A stretch of 64,000 bases of DNA, taken from positions 77,362,169 to 77,426,168 of the forward strand of contig JAUZTB010000107.1 in the NCBI GenBank assembly GCA_034780895.1. The letters run 5' to 3'. The DNA is from Rhynchobatus australiae. Its lineage: Eukaryota. This document shows, piece after piece, positions 52,871 to 64,000 of the stretch. Every line of letters starts with the position of its first letter. Position 1 is the first letter of the stretch. The position numbers and the translations under genes were made by a program. Under the pieces are notes generated by a model, which searched no databases, had not been told where the DNA came from, and saw nothing but the letters and a program-made list of their open reading frames with translations.

Positions 52871-54417
52871 TGAAGCAATGCTTTATTTTTTACTTAAAAG
52901 CTTTTCTGCTTTAATAACGGCTATAGTAGCCTTTTTGTTCTAAGTATCGTTAATGATTATGAAGGTCAAGCTCACTAGTAATTAGATATCAGTAAAATTC
53001 AAAGCACTCAGAGAAGGCAGCTCCATAATGCATACCCACTTGAGTTTGCCTGTTTAATGCCTGTACTGTAACTAAATTGTCAGGGCAATTGTAATTGTCA
53101 AGGAAATTCATTGGCCCAAGCCTTTATATCAGAACTCTTAACAAGATTATTGTCAGATTCAGTGAATATCCTCGATGACTTGCTCTCTTCATATACTTTA
53201 TGAACATTTTGAGTCTGGTCTCACTGTTTGGAAATGCATTGAAATCTACTTTTAGTATAAAAGTACAAAATATGCAGCTTAAAATATTACCAATATTCAA
53301 TGTCGAATAATAGTGAAAATATTAAATTGTATTCAGCTTGTGGCCATACGTTGCCTTTTAAAAATAATGTAACAGTGAGTAAATTGAATAGCATTGGAAA
53401 ATGGGCACAAGGTTAACAATGGACAATTGTGCCTCTTCACCACAGTGCAGTTAACATGCAAGTTTAGTGCAATCTACCCAGTAATAAGATTATAATGTAT
53501 AACAAGCTTTAACTTTCTTGTTGTGTTAATTAGTGAATCAGCACAGAAGCCCAGTTTCAGGAGTGGCTCAACTAGTCAGCATTACACACAATTAAAGGAA
53601 GATTCAGTGCAATTTAAGAACTGGTGAGGACAGATGTAGTGCAAATATTATGTATTCAAGCAGACGTGAAAACGTGAGGGTGCACTTGATTCACAAATTT
53701 CCAGTAGTGCAATGAAGTCACTGGTAGAGGAAGGGAAAGGATGGGAGAGATTCTGTTTGCCGGGGCCCTCCAAGTGCATGATCAAAGACGTTGGGAAGAG
53801 ACTAATCTGGACATTCATCTCCTTGTCTGTGACCGATGATCTCAATGCAGTGATGCAAATGGTTCCAAGGCTTTGGATGTGATTGAGATCATTGAATGTA
53901 CCTTATGTGTCATATCTCACCAGGTGCACCACTAACTTCATGTACNNNNNNNNNNNNNNNNNNNNNNNNNNNNNNNNNNNNNNNNNNNNNNNNNNNNNNN
54001 NNNNNNNNNNNNNNNNNNNNNNNNNNNNNNNNNNNNNNNNNNNNNTCATGTACAACTTGGTGCATCCCACTGGCGCCACTCAACTACTAGCAGGGCTTGT
54101 GCTCTCGACATTCATATGCTGCTTACTCTCCCAACCACAACCTCGAGATTAACCCCACACTTCACAGTTCTTGCACGTTGCTCAAGCAGACAGCCATTCC
54201 ACTGTAACACATTGCATGAGACTCACCAACCATCTCCCCACCAGCATTTCAAGAAGGCACAACCACAAGCAGTGGCCACAAACCAATGAAGATTAGCAGC
54301 ACTAACAGAACCTCACTCCATGGGAGCAACAGTAGATGCTATCATTTAAAAATCAATTGGTTTGTATATGGCCAGCAGCAGCACTGAAATCATAGGAGAT
54401 GATGGGGTTCTGATATC

Positions 54418-54644
54418 TTTTTATTTACAACATGGTAACAGGCCCTTCTGGCCCAATGAGTCCGCGCTGCCCATTTTAAACACATGTTAAATTACCTACT
54501 CGTACGTCTTTTAGAACGTGGGAGGAAACCAGAGCACCTGGAGGAAACCCACGCAGACACAGGAGAACGTACAAACTCCTTACAGCGACGGGAATAGAAC
54601 CCCAATCGCTGGCGCTGTAATAGCGTCATGCTAACCACTACGCT
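54418..54644 (-). mobile_element. tRNA-derived V-SINE (HE1-like), young copy
   Basis: A box AGCGTAGTGGTTAG, B box GGTTCTATTCC, V-domain TTCTCCTGTGTCTGCGTGGGTTTCCTCC...GGTTTCCTCCCAC, CR1-like tail GGGCCAGAAGGGCCTGTT; CpGs retained. Confidence 0.8.
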
Positions 54645-56934
54645 ATATTCCCATGTTCCTTCCCCCTCATTACACAGTCTGATATACAAGCTGTTGATGA
54701 TGTAAGCTTGCACATCTTATTTTTCACATTCCCACCCCTCCAATCTCCTCACCAGATTCCTGCCTGCGACTTTCTTCCTTCAGATAGCCAAGGAATGCAG
54801 CCTGATGAAAGGGAACAGAAAGGAAAGAAGACACAGCACTTCCTGACTTAAGATTCCCAGCCACCATCTCAGATAGGAACGCTGTGTAATTTAGAGAGCT
54901 GGGAACTGCACATGTTGAACAATTGGGCATGTGGTTTGCATTAGGGTGGCAAATTGGTGGTCTGGGCACCAAAGGGCAGGTTTACCTACTGACACCACTG
55001 CAAAGACTTAAATGAGGAATTTGATGATGTAGCCAGCAAGAGAAGACTGATGCCTATACCCAATGAATTGGTGATGCACCAGCAAGGCTGCCAGAAAGTC
55101 CATGATGAAGCGAAGGAGCATGGGGGAGTCTGGCTGCCTCTGGGAATAGAGCACGGTTGGAGCCTGTCCTTACCAGTGTGAAAGTAGTGGACCCCTCCAC
55201 TGTGGAGGAAGCCATGATGCAGCATTTGACAGCTGATGCCTCAGCTCCAAGCAGAGGATTGGACCGCTGCTGCCGTGGTTCTGGATATGTGTTTAGAGAG
55301 TCTTTGGAGGAGGTCAGGGCAGCCGACCGATCACTATTCCGATGGGTTACTAAGTTTACTGTGGCATCACACAGGGGGTGTTGGAGTAGCTATGGTGCAA
55401 TAATTTGCTGTCCACTCTGATCCCACCATTCTCTGCCAATGGTCTTATTGCTGGCCCTCAGCCTGTCTGGCTAACGGCTGCCACACAAGACAAGATTGTT
55501 GGGTCTGAGGTTAAGCCTACTAGGTGTCATCCTGCAGGGGCATCTGCCGTCTTCTCCACGACAAGTCTGAAGCTCCCCCCCCCCCCCACAAGCTGTGCCA
55601 TGTGACAGTGTTACAAGGATAGATAAAAGGGTGTGGAACATACCAAGGTGGTGAGAGGACATTCGTATTGTCCTGTGTATGCTGTGATGTAATGTTGCCT
55701 TGGTTTGCTTTAATTTTTGCAGTGTGTCTGGACAGACCCTGTGCTGAGTCAACAAGTTGGAAGGTGCTTTATGACCTNNNNNNNNNNNNNNNNNNNNNNN
55801 NNNNNNNNNNNNNNNNNNNNNNNNNNNNNNNNNNNNNNNNNNNNNNNNNNNNNNNNNNNNNNNNNNNNNNNNNNNNNTTCTAGGGATGCTCGACAGTACC
55901 TTGTTTGGTCTTGCAATATATCCTGATCTGCAGTCTCTCTGCGGCACATAATTAAGATTCTTCTTTTTGTCTTGAATCAGATCAAGTGCTGAAAACAGGT
56001 GCGATGTTCCCATTGTTTAAGAATCACTTTATGTGCAGCCACATGTAAATACTGTCCCTTTATTGACTCACTGAACTTGGCATCAATCTGCGCAGCTCAA
56101 ATTTTCTAGCATCACTAATTGTGATGACATAATTACGGTCACACACCCTGCTGCTGCCATCATTAATTGTCTGAACGCACGCCACATGCAATCCTGTGCG
56201 AATTATGCAAATGATAACACAATCCTTAACCAATGCCATTGGCAGGATGAATGATTGCTCTTGTCATTCTGTTTCTCAATACCACCTGTGCAAAACCAAA
56301 TCATCCTGTGGATAAACAAAATGAGGGAAGAACAGAATGAAGGCAATTTGTTCTGATTTAGTTGAAGTGGGTCCTATTTCTTGATTTCTTTCACTCAAGT
56401 TCGTCAAAAACAATTGAGCATTTTCCCAATCGCCCACGTGTGGAAGTAAAGGCTCCCTGTCCTTACCTACCATTTCCTCATTCTGGGAACCTACAGTCCT
56501 TTAAAATCCAGTGGCAACTCTTTGTTTTGTCTCAAATTATCCTCAATTCCTTTTACACTTAGTGATACATTCTTCCCTTTCAAGCAGTTACCTTGATTAA
56601 GAAAGGCAGAAGGTAACACTGGCAGCAAGTCCCTTGCCCATCCGTTGGACTAAGAAATGGCATTGGGTGTAGAGTGAATTAGTCTCTTATCTTTGACAGA
56701 TTTTTTTCTCTTGCCCCGGTCCTCAATCTTGCAACTTTGTGATGCTTATTTAGCTCAAGTTGTTTCTCAACAATTAGTTCAATAATTTCAGTTATTCAAG
56801 ACCAGCCTCTCACATTTCCAGCACTCATTTTCTTTTTCTCTCCAGATTTCATTCTGCCCCTCCCAGACATACTGCTTATTATTCATGAGTCTTTTCTTTA
56901 AATGTCTCCTCAAAACCTACCCAGCAAAACCGAA

Positions 56935-57680
56935 AAAGCAAAGAAGTGCTGATTCTGGAAATCGGAAATAAGAAACCAGAATGTTGGAAATACTTACCAG
57001 ATCAGGCAGCATCTGTTGAGAGAGAAACAGTTAATGCTTCAAGTCGATAATCTCTCATCAGAACTGAGAAGACATAAGAAATCAAGTGGGAGCGGTGGAG
57101 AGAACCGTGGGAATGTCTGTGATGGGTGGAGATCAAGAGAGACTGGATGACACAAGTGGGGGTGATGCTGGCTGAGAGAGGGTGATGTGAAAACTCGTTA
57201 ATCACAAATGAGCTGCCTTACAGAGATGTGAAGACAAATGAAAACGGAAGAGGAGGGAGAAGAAATGGTTGAAGCTGGGAGATACAAACTGGAGAAACAG
57301 AATGCTGCAGAAGCCAGATATCGTAAATAATTACAGAGAATGTTGGGGATACCCAGCAGGCTAGGCAGCGCCTAGGCAATAAATACAAAGCTAATGTTTC
57401 AGACTGATTATTATTTGTTGGAACTGGTGACCTCTTGTACAAACTAAAAAGGCTACTTATCTGAAATTGCTGAATTCCATGTTAAGTCCTGAGGCTGGGA
57501 TGGGCACAAACGGAAGATGAGTTGTTGTTCCTTTAGTTTATGCTGGACTTCTTTCGAACTCTGTAAGAGGCAAAAGACAGAGGTCAGAGTGGGAATGGTC
57601 TGGAGAACTGAAGTGAAAAGATACTGGAAGCTCAGGATCACCTTTGTGGATCAAACAGATGTGTTCTGCAAAATGATCAT
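56935..57680 (-). mobile_element. Older Penelope-like fragment (GIY-YIG C-terminus plus pLTR pieces)
   Basis: ORF 57453-57641 has HKLKEQQLIFRL, matching the 8153-8449 GIY-YIG end. Degenerate CTGATGA...GAAG hammerhead at 57028-57066. Confidence 0.65.
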
Positions 57681-58004
57681 CTTCTGCCCACAGGACTTAA
57701 CTCAAATATATAATAAAGCTGTATTTAACTCAAATATGTAATAAACCGTATTTGTGAAAATGGGTGTTTGTTAGTCAGCACAGACTCGGTGGACCGAAGG
57801 GGCTCTTTTCATGCGGTATGATTATTATTCTATAACCTCTTCCAGTCACTTCCAGCTGCTTGTCACTTGCTGCAGTCCATTCATTTCATGGTTTAACTGG
57901 GAGGATTTGAATTCCAAAATAATGAATGCCTTTCTCCAGCAATTAATTACGAATGCACGAAATCACCAGAACAAGTAATCTAAATTTAAAAGAAGATGAT
58001 ATTC

Positions 58005-58190
58005 TCAGAATCAGCTTTATTATCACTGACATACGTTGTGAAAATTGTTACTTTGTGGCAGCAGTACAGTGCAAGACATAAAAATTACTGTAAGTTGCAA
58101 AAAATTAAACAGGTTCATGGACTGTTCAGAAATCTGATGGCAGAGAGGAAGAAGCTGTTCCTGAATCGTTGAGTGTGGGTCTTCAGGTCA
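58005..58190 (-). mobile_element. Rex1/Babar-type 3' fragment
   Basis: AGAATCAGCTTTATTATCACTGAC tail and CTGAAGACCCACAC...TTCAGGAACAGCTTCTTCC, matching 41970-42030. Confidence 0.65.
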
Positions 58191-58269
58191 TTCTCAGAGC
58201 AGCTATAGCATCAAAAAACAGATAAAATATAAAAGGCCATTCAATTCTTCCAAATGTCAACATACCAGC

Positions 58270-58970
58270 TCAGCCCCACCCCTGCCCCGACGAACGACAA
58301 GGGGCGGTGTTATAACAGCCCCTCACCGAGAGGGGAGCCACAGCCAGGGAGGCCTCCGCCCACCGGCTCTGCCCAGGGAGCCGCCGGACCATCTTGTGAC
58401 GTCAGCGCGCTCCCCGTCGGGCGTGCGGCCAAAACAAACCAGTCCGAGCGCGGTGGTTGTCGGCCGGGGCGCATGCGCGGGAAAGGGCGCCGGAATTTAA
58501 ACGGGAGGAGCGGCGGTTGGTGCGGATTCGGCGGCGGGGCCCGGGGACTGAAACGATCGCGCTCTCTCTGTCCAGTGGATCCAAGGTTGGTGCGAGTGCA
58601 ATCTCTGGACACCGTTATCTACGTGAGGAATGTTGCATTAAGTGCATTGCGAACTGGGGGCGAGCCTTCCTCCGCGTCCTTTTTGTGTGCGGGGCCGCTG
58701 CTGTTGCAGGTCGCGCCCTGCGGAGGGGTGCCCGGGCAGCGGGGATGTGGCCGTGGGCTCGCCCGCCCTGAGGGATGGAGGGAGCCCAGCACTGCGCCTC
58801 TCTCTCTGCCCTGCAATCTGCTGGGCCTGCCCTGCGAAGAGTTGTCCGCGGCCCAGTGCTGCCGTCCAGTGCGGAGGCGGCCATCCCGCAGAGGCAGGGA
58901 GTTGCCTACCGTCCGCTCCGCACCTCGCTGCAGCGGCATTTCCAGCTAATTCTGCGCGGCCCTGCCTCCG
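58270..58970. promoter_or_regulatory. CpG island / probable promoter
   Basis: Sharp GC and CpG rise against a CpG-depleted background. Full CRE TGACGTCA at 58397-58404, NRF1 palindrome GCGCATGCGC at 58469-58478, E2F-like GCGCGGGAAA at 58475-58484, GC boxes. Confidence 0.8.
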
Positions 58971-59294
58971 CTTCTATTTAAGTGGGAGCGACAATGCAAA
59001 ATCCCGAGCTGATTTTGAATAACATTTTTTCCTTGGTTGGTGGGGATTGGTTGTTAAGGTCCTGTCTATACCATTTTCTTCCTGAGGCTGAAGGAAGAGG
59101 AGAAATGGGGTGATTACTTATCTTTTTATCTTGCATAGAACATAACAGCCTGTACTGGTGCAGCTTTACAAAACTCTGGTTTTAGAACATAGAAAAACTA
59201 CAGCACAATTCAGGCCCTTTGGCCCACAAAGCTGTGCTGAACGTTTTTGTAAATTGTTTTGTTATGCACCTTGTTTTGTAAGTGATGAGCCTAA

Positions 59295-59852
59295 TGATGC
59301 AGCTTTATAAAACTCTAGTTAGACTGCACTTAGAGTAATGTGCCTCATTAAATAGGAAGGATGTGGAGGTGTTGGAAAGGGTGCAGAGGAGATTTTCCAG
59401 GATGCTGCCTGGTTTAGAGAGTGTGGATTATGAGGAGAGACTAAAGGAGCTAGGGCTTTACTCTTTGGAGAGGAGGTTGAGGGGAGATGTGATGGAGGTG
59501 TACAAAATATTAAAAGGAATAGCTAGACTGGACAGCCAGTGCCTCTTTCCCAGGGCACTAATGCTCAAAACAAGAGGGCATGGCTTTAAGGTAATGGGTG
59601 GGAAGTTCAAGGGAGATGTCAGAGGGAGGTTTTTCACCCAGAAAGTGGTTGGTGCATGGAATGCGCTGCCTGGGTTGGTGGTGGAGGCAGATACGTTGGA
59701 CAGGTTCAAGAGATTGTTAGGTAAGCATATGGAGGAATTTAAAATAGAGGGATATGTGGGAGGAAAAGGGGTTAGATAGTCTTAGGTGTGGTTTGAAGGT
59801 CAGCACAACATCGTGGGCCAAAGGGACTGTATTGTGCTGTATTGTTCTATGG
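59295..59852 (+). mobile_element. CR1 LINE 3' end, relatively young
   Basis: Open ORF 59363-59779 LERVQRRFSRMLPGL..YEERLKELGLYSLERRLRGD..KTRGH..FFTQKVVGAWNALP, then 3'UTR GTGGGCCAAAGGG...GTGCTGTA. Confidence 0.9.
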
Positions 59853-60949
59853 TTGCCATAATTTAAAAATCAATTAGCGAGCTGAAATACTTCAGTTACC
59901 TTGCTTCAGTAACCTTGAGGATTATTGCAATTTGTCAATAGTATTAGAAACTTATCTGTAACTGGTTCATCAGTGTCTGATGTCTTTACCTTTATAGTCA
60001 GCACAAGTTTGAAGTTGAAAAGAGCTAATTTAAAACTTCCATTTGGTTTAAGAAACTTGTGTTTGTCTTTTTTATTGCCAGACAACAATCTCTTGAACCT
60101 GTCCAACGTATCCCCCTCTCTCCCTCCTCCCCCCCCCCCCCAGCCAGACACAATAGAGACAATTTATTTTGACCATTTAGCACAATTATCATATAACTAC
60201 ACTGTTCGTTCTGCAGGAGGAAACCAAGGCACCTGAAGGAAACCTACACAGTCACAGGAAGAAGTTCAAACAAACTTAAAAATTAAAATATCCTACAAGC
60301 TTGTTAATTCAGAATTTTCAAAAATTGGAAATATTTTAGCTTTTTAAAAAAATCTTGGAATGATTTAAAACAGTATTTTTACACTGTTAATCTATCTGAA
60401 AGGTTTTCTTTTAATTGACAAGCTCTTATCCAAGGTTCTTGGCACTCTTCACTTCAGTTTAAATCGAAGGGAGAATATCTCTTGTTCCTTCTTGGACCTG
60501 GCCCCAAATTCTCCAACTATTTTCTTTTAATATGAATGAAGGGCATTTTATCCAAGTTTCCATGAGGAGTCTGGTGGTGCAGCTCAGCTTGCTGCTCACT
60601 GGGGAGTCGCTGCCAACAGCATCCAGATTCCAGTACATGTATAAGTTAGACATGATAACCATGCCAAACTCTGACAGTTTAGCCTTTATTCTCTCTAAAA
60701 ATTTGGGTTGTCATTCTCCTAAAGTTGCTATTTGAAAGAAACTTATAATGAAAGGTGATTTCTTCATAGATATTAGTTAACCCTATTTTTGCTGAAACCT
60801 CACTTGGCTAGATAGCAAGCCATTTTTCTTTAATAGATGATGCTCATCTTTTTTTTTGGAAAATATCAGATCACTTTATCTCCACTTTGTTGAGATGTTT
60901 TTCAACTTGGTGCCGCCAGGATTTCCCTGGAAATGTGTTGATGTTCCAG

Positions 60950-61965
60950 CAAAGAGTTGGAATAAAAGGGTATTTTTCAGGTTGGATGGATGTAATTTAT
61001 GGCGTGGCCCTAGGATCAGTTATTGGCTCTCAGTAATTTATTATTCATATTAACAGCCTGGAGGAGGAGGAAGAATGCTAGGTATCCAAGTTTGCCAATG
61101 AAATAAAAACAAGTGGGAGGGCATGCTGTGATGAGGATATCTGGACTCGGTAACAGGACATACGTAGATTGAGTCATTGTGGGAAACCTTCGCAGATAGA
61201 GCTTAGTGTGGAGAATATGTGAGGTTATGCACTTTCTGCAGGAAGAATCAGCGTGGAGCGAGATTGCAAATGAGTGAAATACAGGTGCTCCTGTCCACGA
61301 ATTACAAAAAGTTAGCGTGTAGATGTAGCAAGTAGTTAAGAAGGCACTAGGCATATTGACCTTTATTGCAAGGGGGTTGAAGTTTAGAAATACGCAAGTA
61401 TTGTTACTTGCTTGTTACTTGTTACTTGGCGTTGGTGAGGCCACACCTGAAGTAATGTGAACAGTTTTTGTACCCTTGTTTAAGAAAAGATCTACTAGCA
61501 TTGGAGACGGTCCAAAAAAGATTCACTAGGCTAATTCCTGGGAAGAGAGGATTGTCCTGTCACAAGCAGCTAAAAAAAAAGTTGAATCTATATTCCTTGG
61601 AGTTTTAAAGGATGATCTTATTGAAACATATAAGATTCTAAAGGGACATAACAAGGGAAATGCTGAGATGTTTCCACTAGTGGGCGAGTTCCAAATGATA
61701 GTTACAAGATAATGGGGTAGTCATTTAAAACAGAGTTGTATGGGAATTATCTGTACCAGGACGTCTTGGAGGTTAGATCACTGGAGATATTTAAAGTCGA
61801 TAAATTTTTGAAAGATTGGGGAATTGGGGGCTGTGAGAAACTGACCCAGAAGAGTAGTTGAGGCCTGGGTCTGACCAGCCATGATCATATTGAATAGTGG
61901 GGCAGACTTGAGGAGGCAGGTATTAGCCTATTCTATTCCTGTTCTTCTCTGTTGTGTTCTTGTGC
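60950..61965 (+). mobile_element. CR1 LINE fragment, degenerate
   Basis: Degenerate RT C-terminus (SKFA.., GAGGTTATGCACTT, GTGAGGCCACACCTG, GATTCACTAGGCTAATTCC) with stops. Confidence 0.8.
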
Positions 61966-63418
61966 TCTACATGCCTGATTTTCACAGAACTCAGTCAAGA
62001 GCAATTGTGTATATTCCATGATGGATGGTCAATTCATAGCTCTGATTTCATTTCAAGGTGACAATTTGAATGATCTCCTTCTGTTTATTTGTGTATAACT
62101 AGGTGTGTATGTGTGTAGATAGGGAATGGGGAGAAACAAATGTTCAGACCCTAACATACTCATTGACTGCCACAGAACCACAAATAGTTACAATCTTATA
62201 AGATTTCTGTTGAAAAGTATTTGGAAGTGATTTTTGTTAATGGATAATATTGCTGACTAGCCCCAATTGTTTGATGATTTGAAGGAATGAATTTATCATT
62301 CAGAACTCAGCTTCCAGTTGGTTGACCTAGATGAATTGTTACATAAATGGGGCCTGGCCAGAATTACTGCTTCTGGTCCCCAACATGTCCACACTAATGG
62401 TGGAGAGCCCATCCGGTTGGCCCGAAGAGTCCTGGACTCCAGCAGCATGGTCTGAGTGGCAGCCGAGCCTCTGGTGTTACAGTGAAGTGACCTCCTCCAA
62501 AATGTGCTTTGTCATTTGGCAAAACCCTGACTCCAGCTTTGCTGGCTGTACAAGCTATATCTAATTTTAATAGTTTATTAATTTCTCTGATATTCAGAGA
62601 CAGTTAAAAACAATTAAAATTGAAGCAATTCAAATAATTAAATTCTTTAAACTTCAAAATATTAATTATGTTAGGCCAAAAGGCCTGTTTCCATTGCTAT
62701 TTAACTCTGACTCTGAAAACACCTATAAATAATTATCAATGTTAAATTAAAGTAAGATTTTCTTCTAAAGAAAGTAACTTGCCTTCCCTTTTGCTTCCTT
62801 CTTCACTGCCCTTTGAATAAGTTGTGAGATTTTAATATTGCTTTAGCCACTGATTACTTTCTGGCAAACTCTCTGGCACCCAAAACATCTGAATGTTAAC
62901 TCCCTGAACAATATTTCAAAGTACAAGGACTTTAAAATGCACATTATTTTAATTTTTTGATATTTCAGTTTTTACTTCCATGTTATGTTGACGTTCAAGT
63001 GTTTAAGCTCCTTAAAGCATTTAAAAAAAATAAGCATTTGTTTTATTTAACTTCCTGATTTGCTATTTGTGGGAATTCTTTAATGTGATTGGGTACCTGG
63101 GCAGCTTCATGAAAATAATTTTCTGCTGGATGCCAAAACTTAAGAGCTGATGTTGGACACTGAATCTGTGCTGCAAAACACAACAGAGGACCACTTGTGG
63201 GCAGTGAGAGCTGTCAGTTCATTACTAACCATGTAATCCAGGGACTTGTTTGCCCAAAGTTATAACAGCGTACAATGCCTCAACCTAAGTCAGGATAGAA
63301 ACTGATTTTGGTTACAGTGTTGTTCAGTGATCAGCCAAATTAAAATGTTTTATTTTAAAGCTTAAGCATTTTAACCAAATAATCCCATGATATTTTGTTT
63401 TTTTTCTCCTTTTGCCAG

Positions 63419-63634
63419 GACTATCTGATGAATGACAATGATCAGGCAGTGGTAGAAATCTGCATTACTCGAATCACCACTGCCATTAGGAAGACCAAAT
63501 CTATTGAGAACCATGGAAAGGCTCTTGTAACATTGTGGGAATCATGCTTGGAGCATAATTTGAAACCAGTCAGTAAGGATGAAGACACTCCACATGCCAA
63601 AATTGTTTCTGATGTTATGAGTTGCATCTTTCAA
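63419..63634 (+). CDS. VEPH1: VEPH1 (ventricular zone expressed PH domain protein 1; melted homologue), internal coding exon, 216 nt
   Basis: Long polypyrimidine tract then CAG|, reads [72 protein letters not shown], donor |GTAAGT. Nearly identical to the VEPH1 N-terminal region ([17 protein letters not shown]...[10 protein letters not shown]). Confidence 0.95.
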
Positions 63635-64000
63635 GTAAGTTTTGTGTGAAAAAAATCAAAAGTTGCAATTATATTTTTATTTTGATTCCAGAACATTGTA
63701 AAAATATTTCCAAATAGCTGAGTGAGATTTAATAAGTTGATAGATAAAGTTTTGTTGGATCCTTTTTCTGAAAAGAGTACTAAATGCCTCTGATTTGAAA
63801 TGAATGGTTGGGAATGGGATTAGCTGCTATACTCATTTTGTGCCATTAGCATTATGTTGTTATATAATTGTGTTCCATGCCAGTATAAGATTTAATAACT
63901 AGCATATTTCCTGGTGTAAGTCCCTGGATTTGGGTAAGGATGCTGGAAGAAATGGGCTGTGGGTTCCAATGGTCCGGTAAGAATGGAGCATTTACTGTGT

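Noticed and set aside
54570-54644. tRNA-like sequence with A and B boxes
   Set aside because: It is the head of a SINE, followed by V-domain and LINE tail, with no complete cloverleaf.
58254-59022. Several overlapping ORFs up to 231 aa in the CpG island
   Set aside because: Expected from stop-codon scarcity in GC-rich DNA; low-complexity Arg/Gly/Pro/Ala products with no domain.

Overview
Gappy (many N runs), AT-rich, CpG-depleted vertebrate genomic DNA. The repeat content (CR1, Rex1/Babar, RTE, L2, Penelope-like elements, V-SINE/HE1-type SINEs) points to a cartilaginous fish, probably a ray or shark (inference). Two spliced genes lie head-to-head. (1) Minus strand: six coding exons (21835 to 2093) of a PQ-loop lysosomal amino-acid transporter of the PQLC2/SLC66A1 family, most likely the paralogue SLC66A1L (PQLC2L). 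Its last visible intron starts with a U12-type donor (GTATCCTTT), and the terminal exon was not found in the window. (2) Plus strand: one 216-nt coding exon of VEPH1 (63419-63634); the preceding first coding exon is not visible and may lie in an assembly gap. CpG-rich regulatory regions lie at ~40-41 kb, ~43-44.5 kb and ~58.3-58.95 kb. The best leads are minimal hammerhead-ribozyme motifs in Penelope-like repeats inside SLC66A1L introns, the U12 intron, tandem in-frame donors, and a possible distal SLC66A1L first exon that would overlap VEPH1 antisense. No CRISPR array, rRNA, true tRNA gene or prokaryotic system was seen, and most ORF-track entries are N-gap or repeat artefacts.
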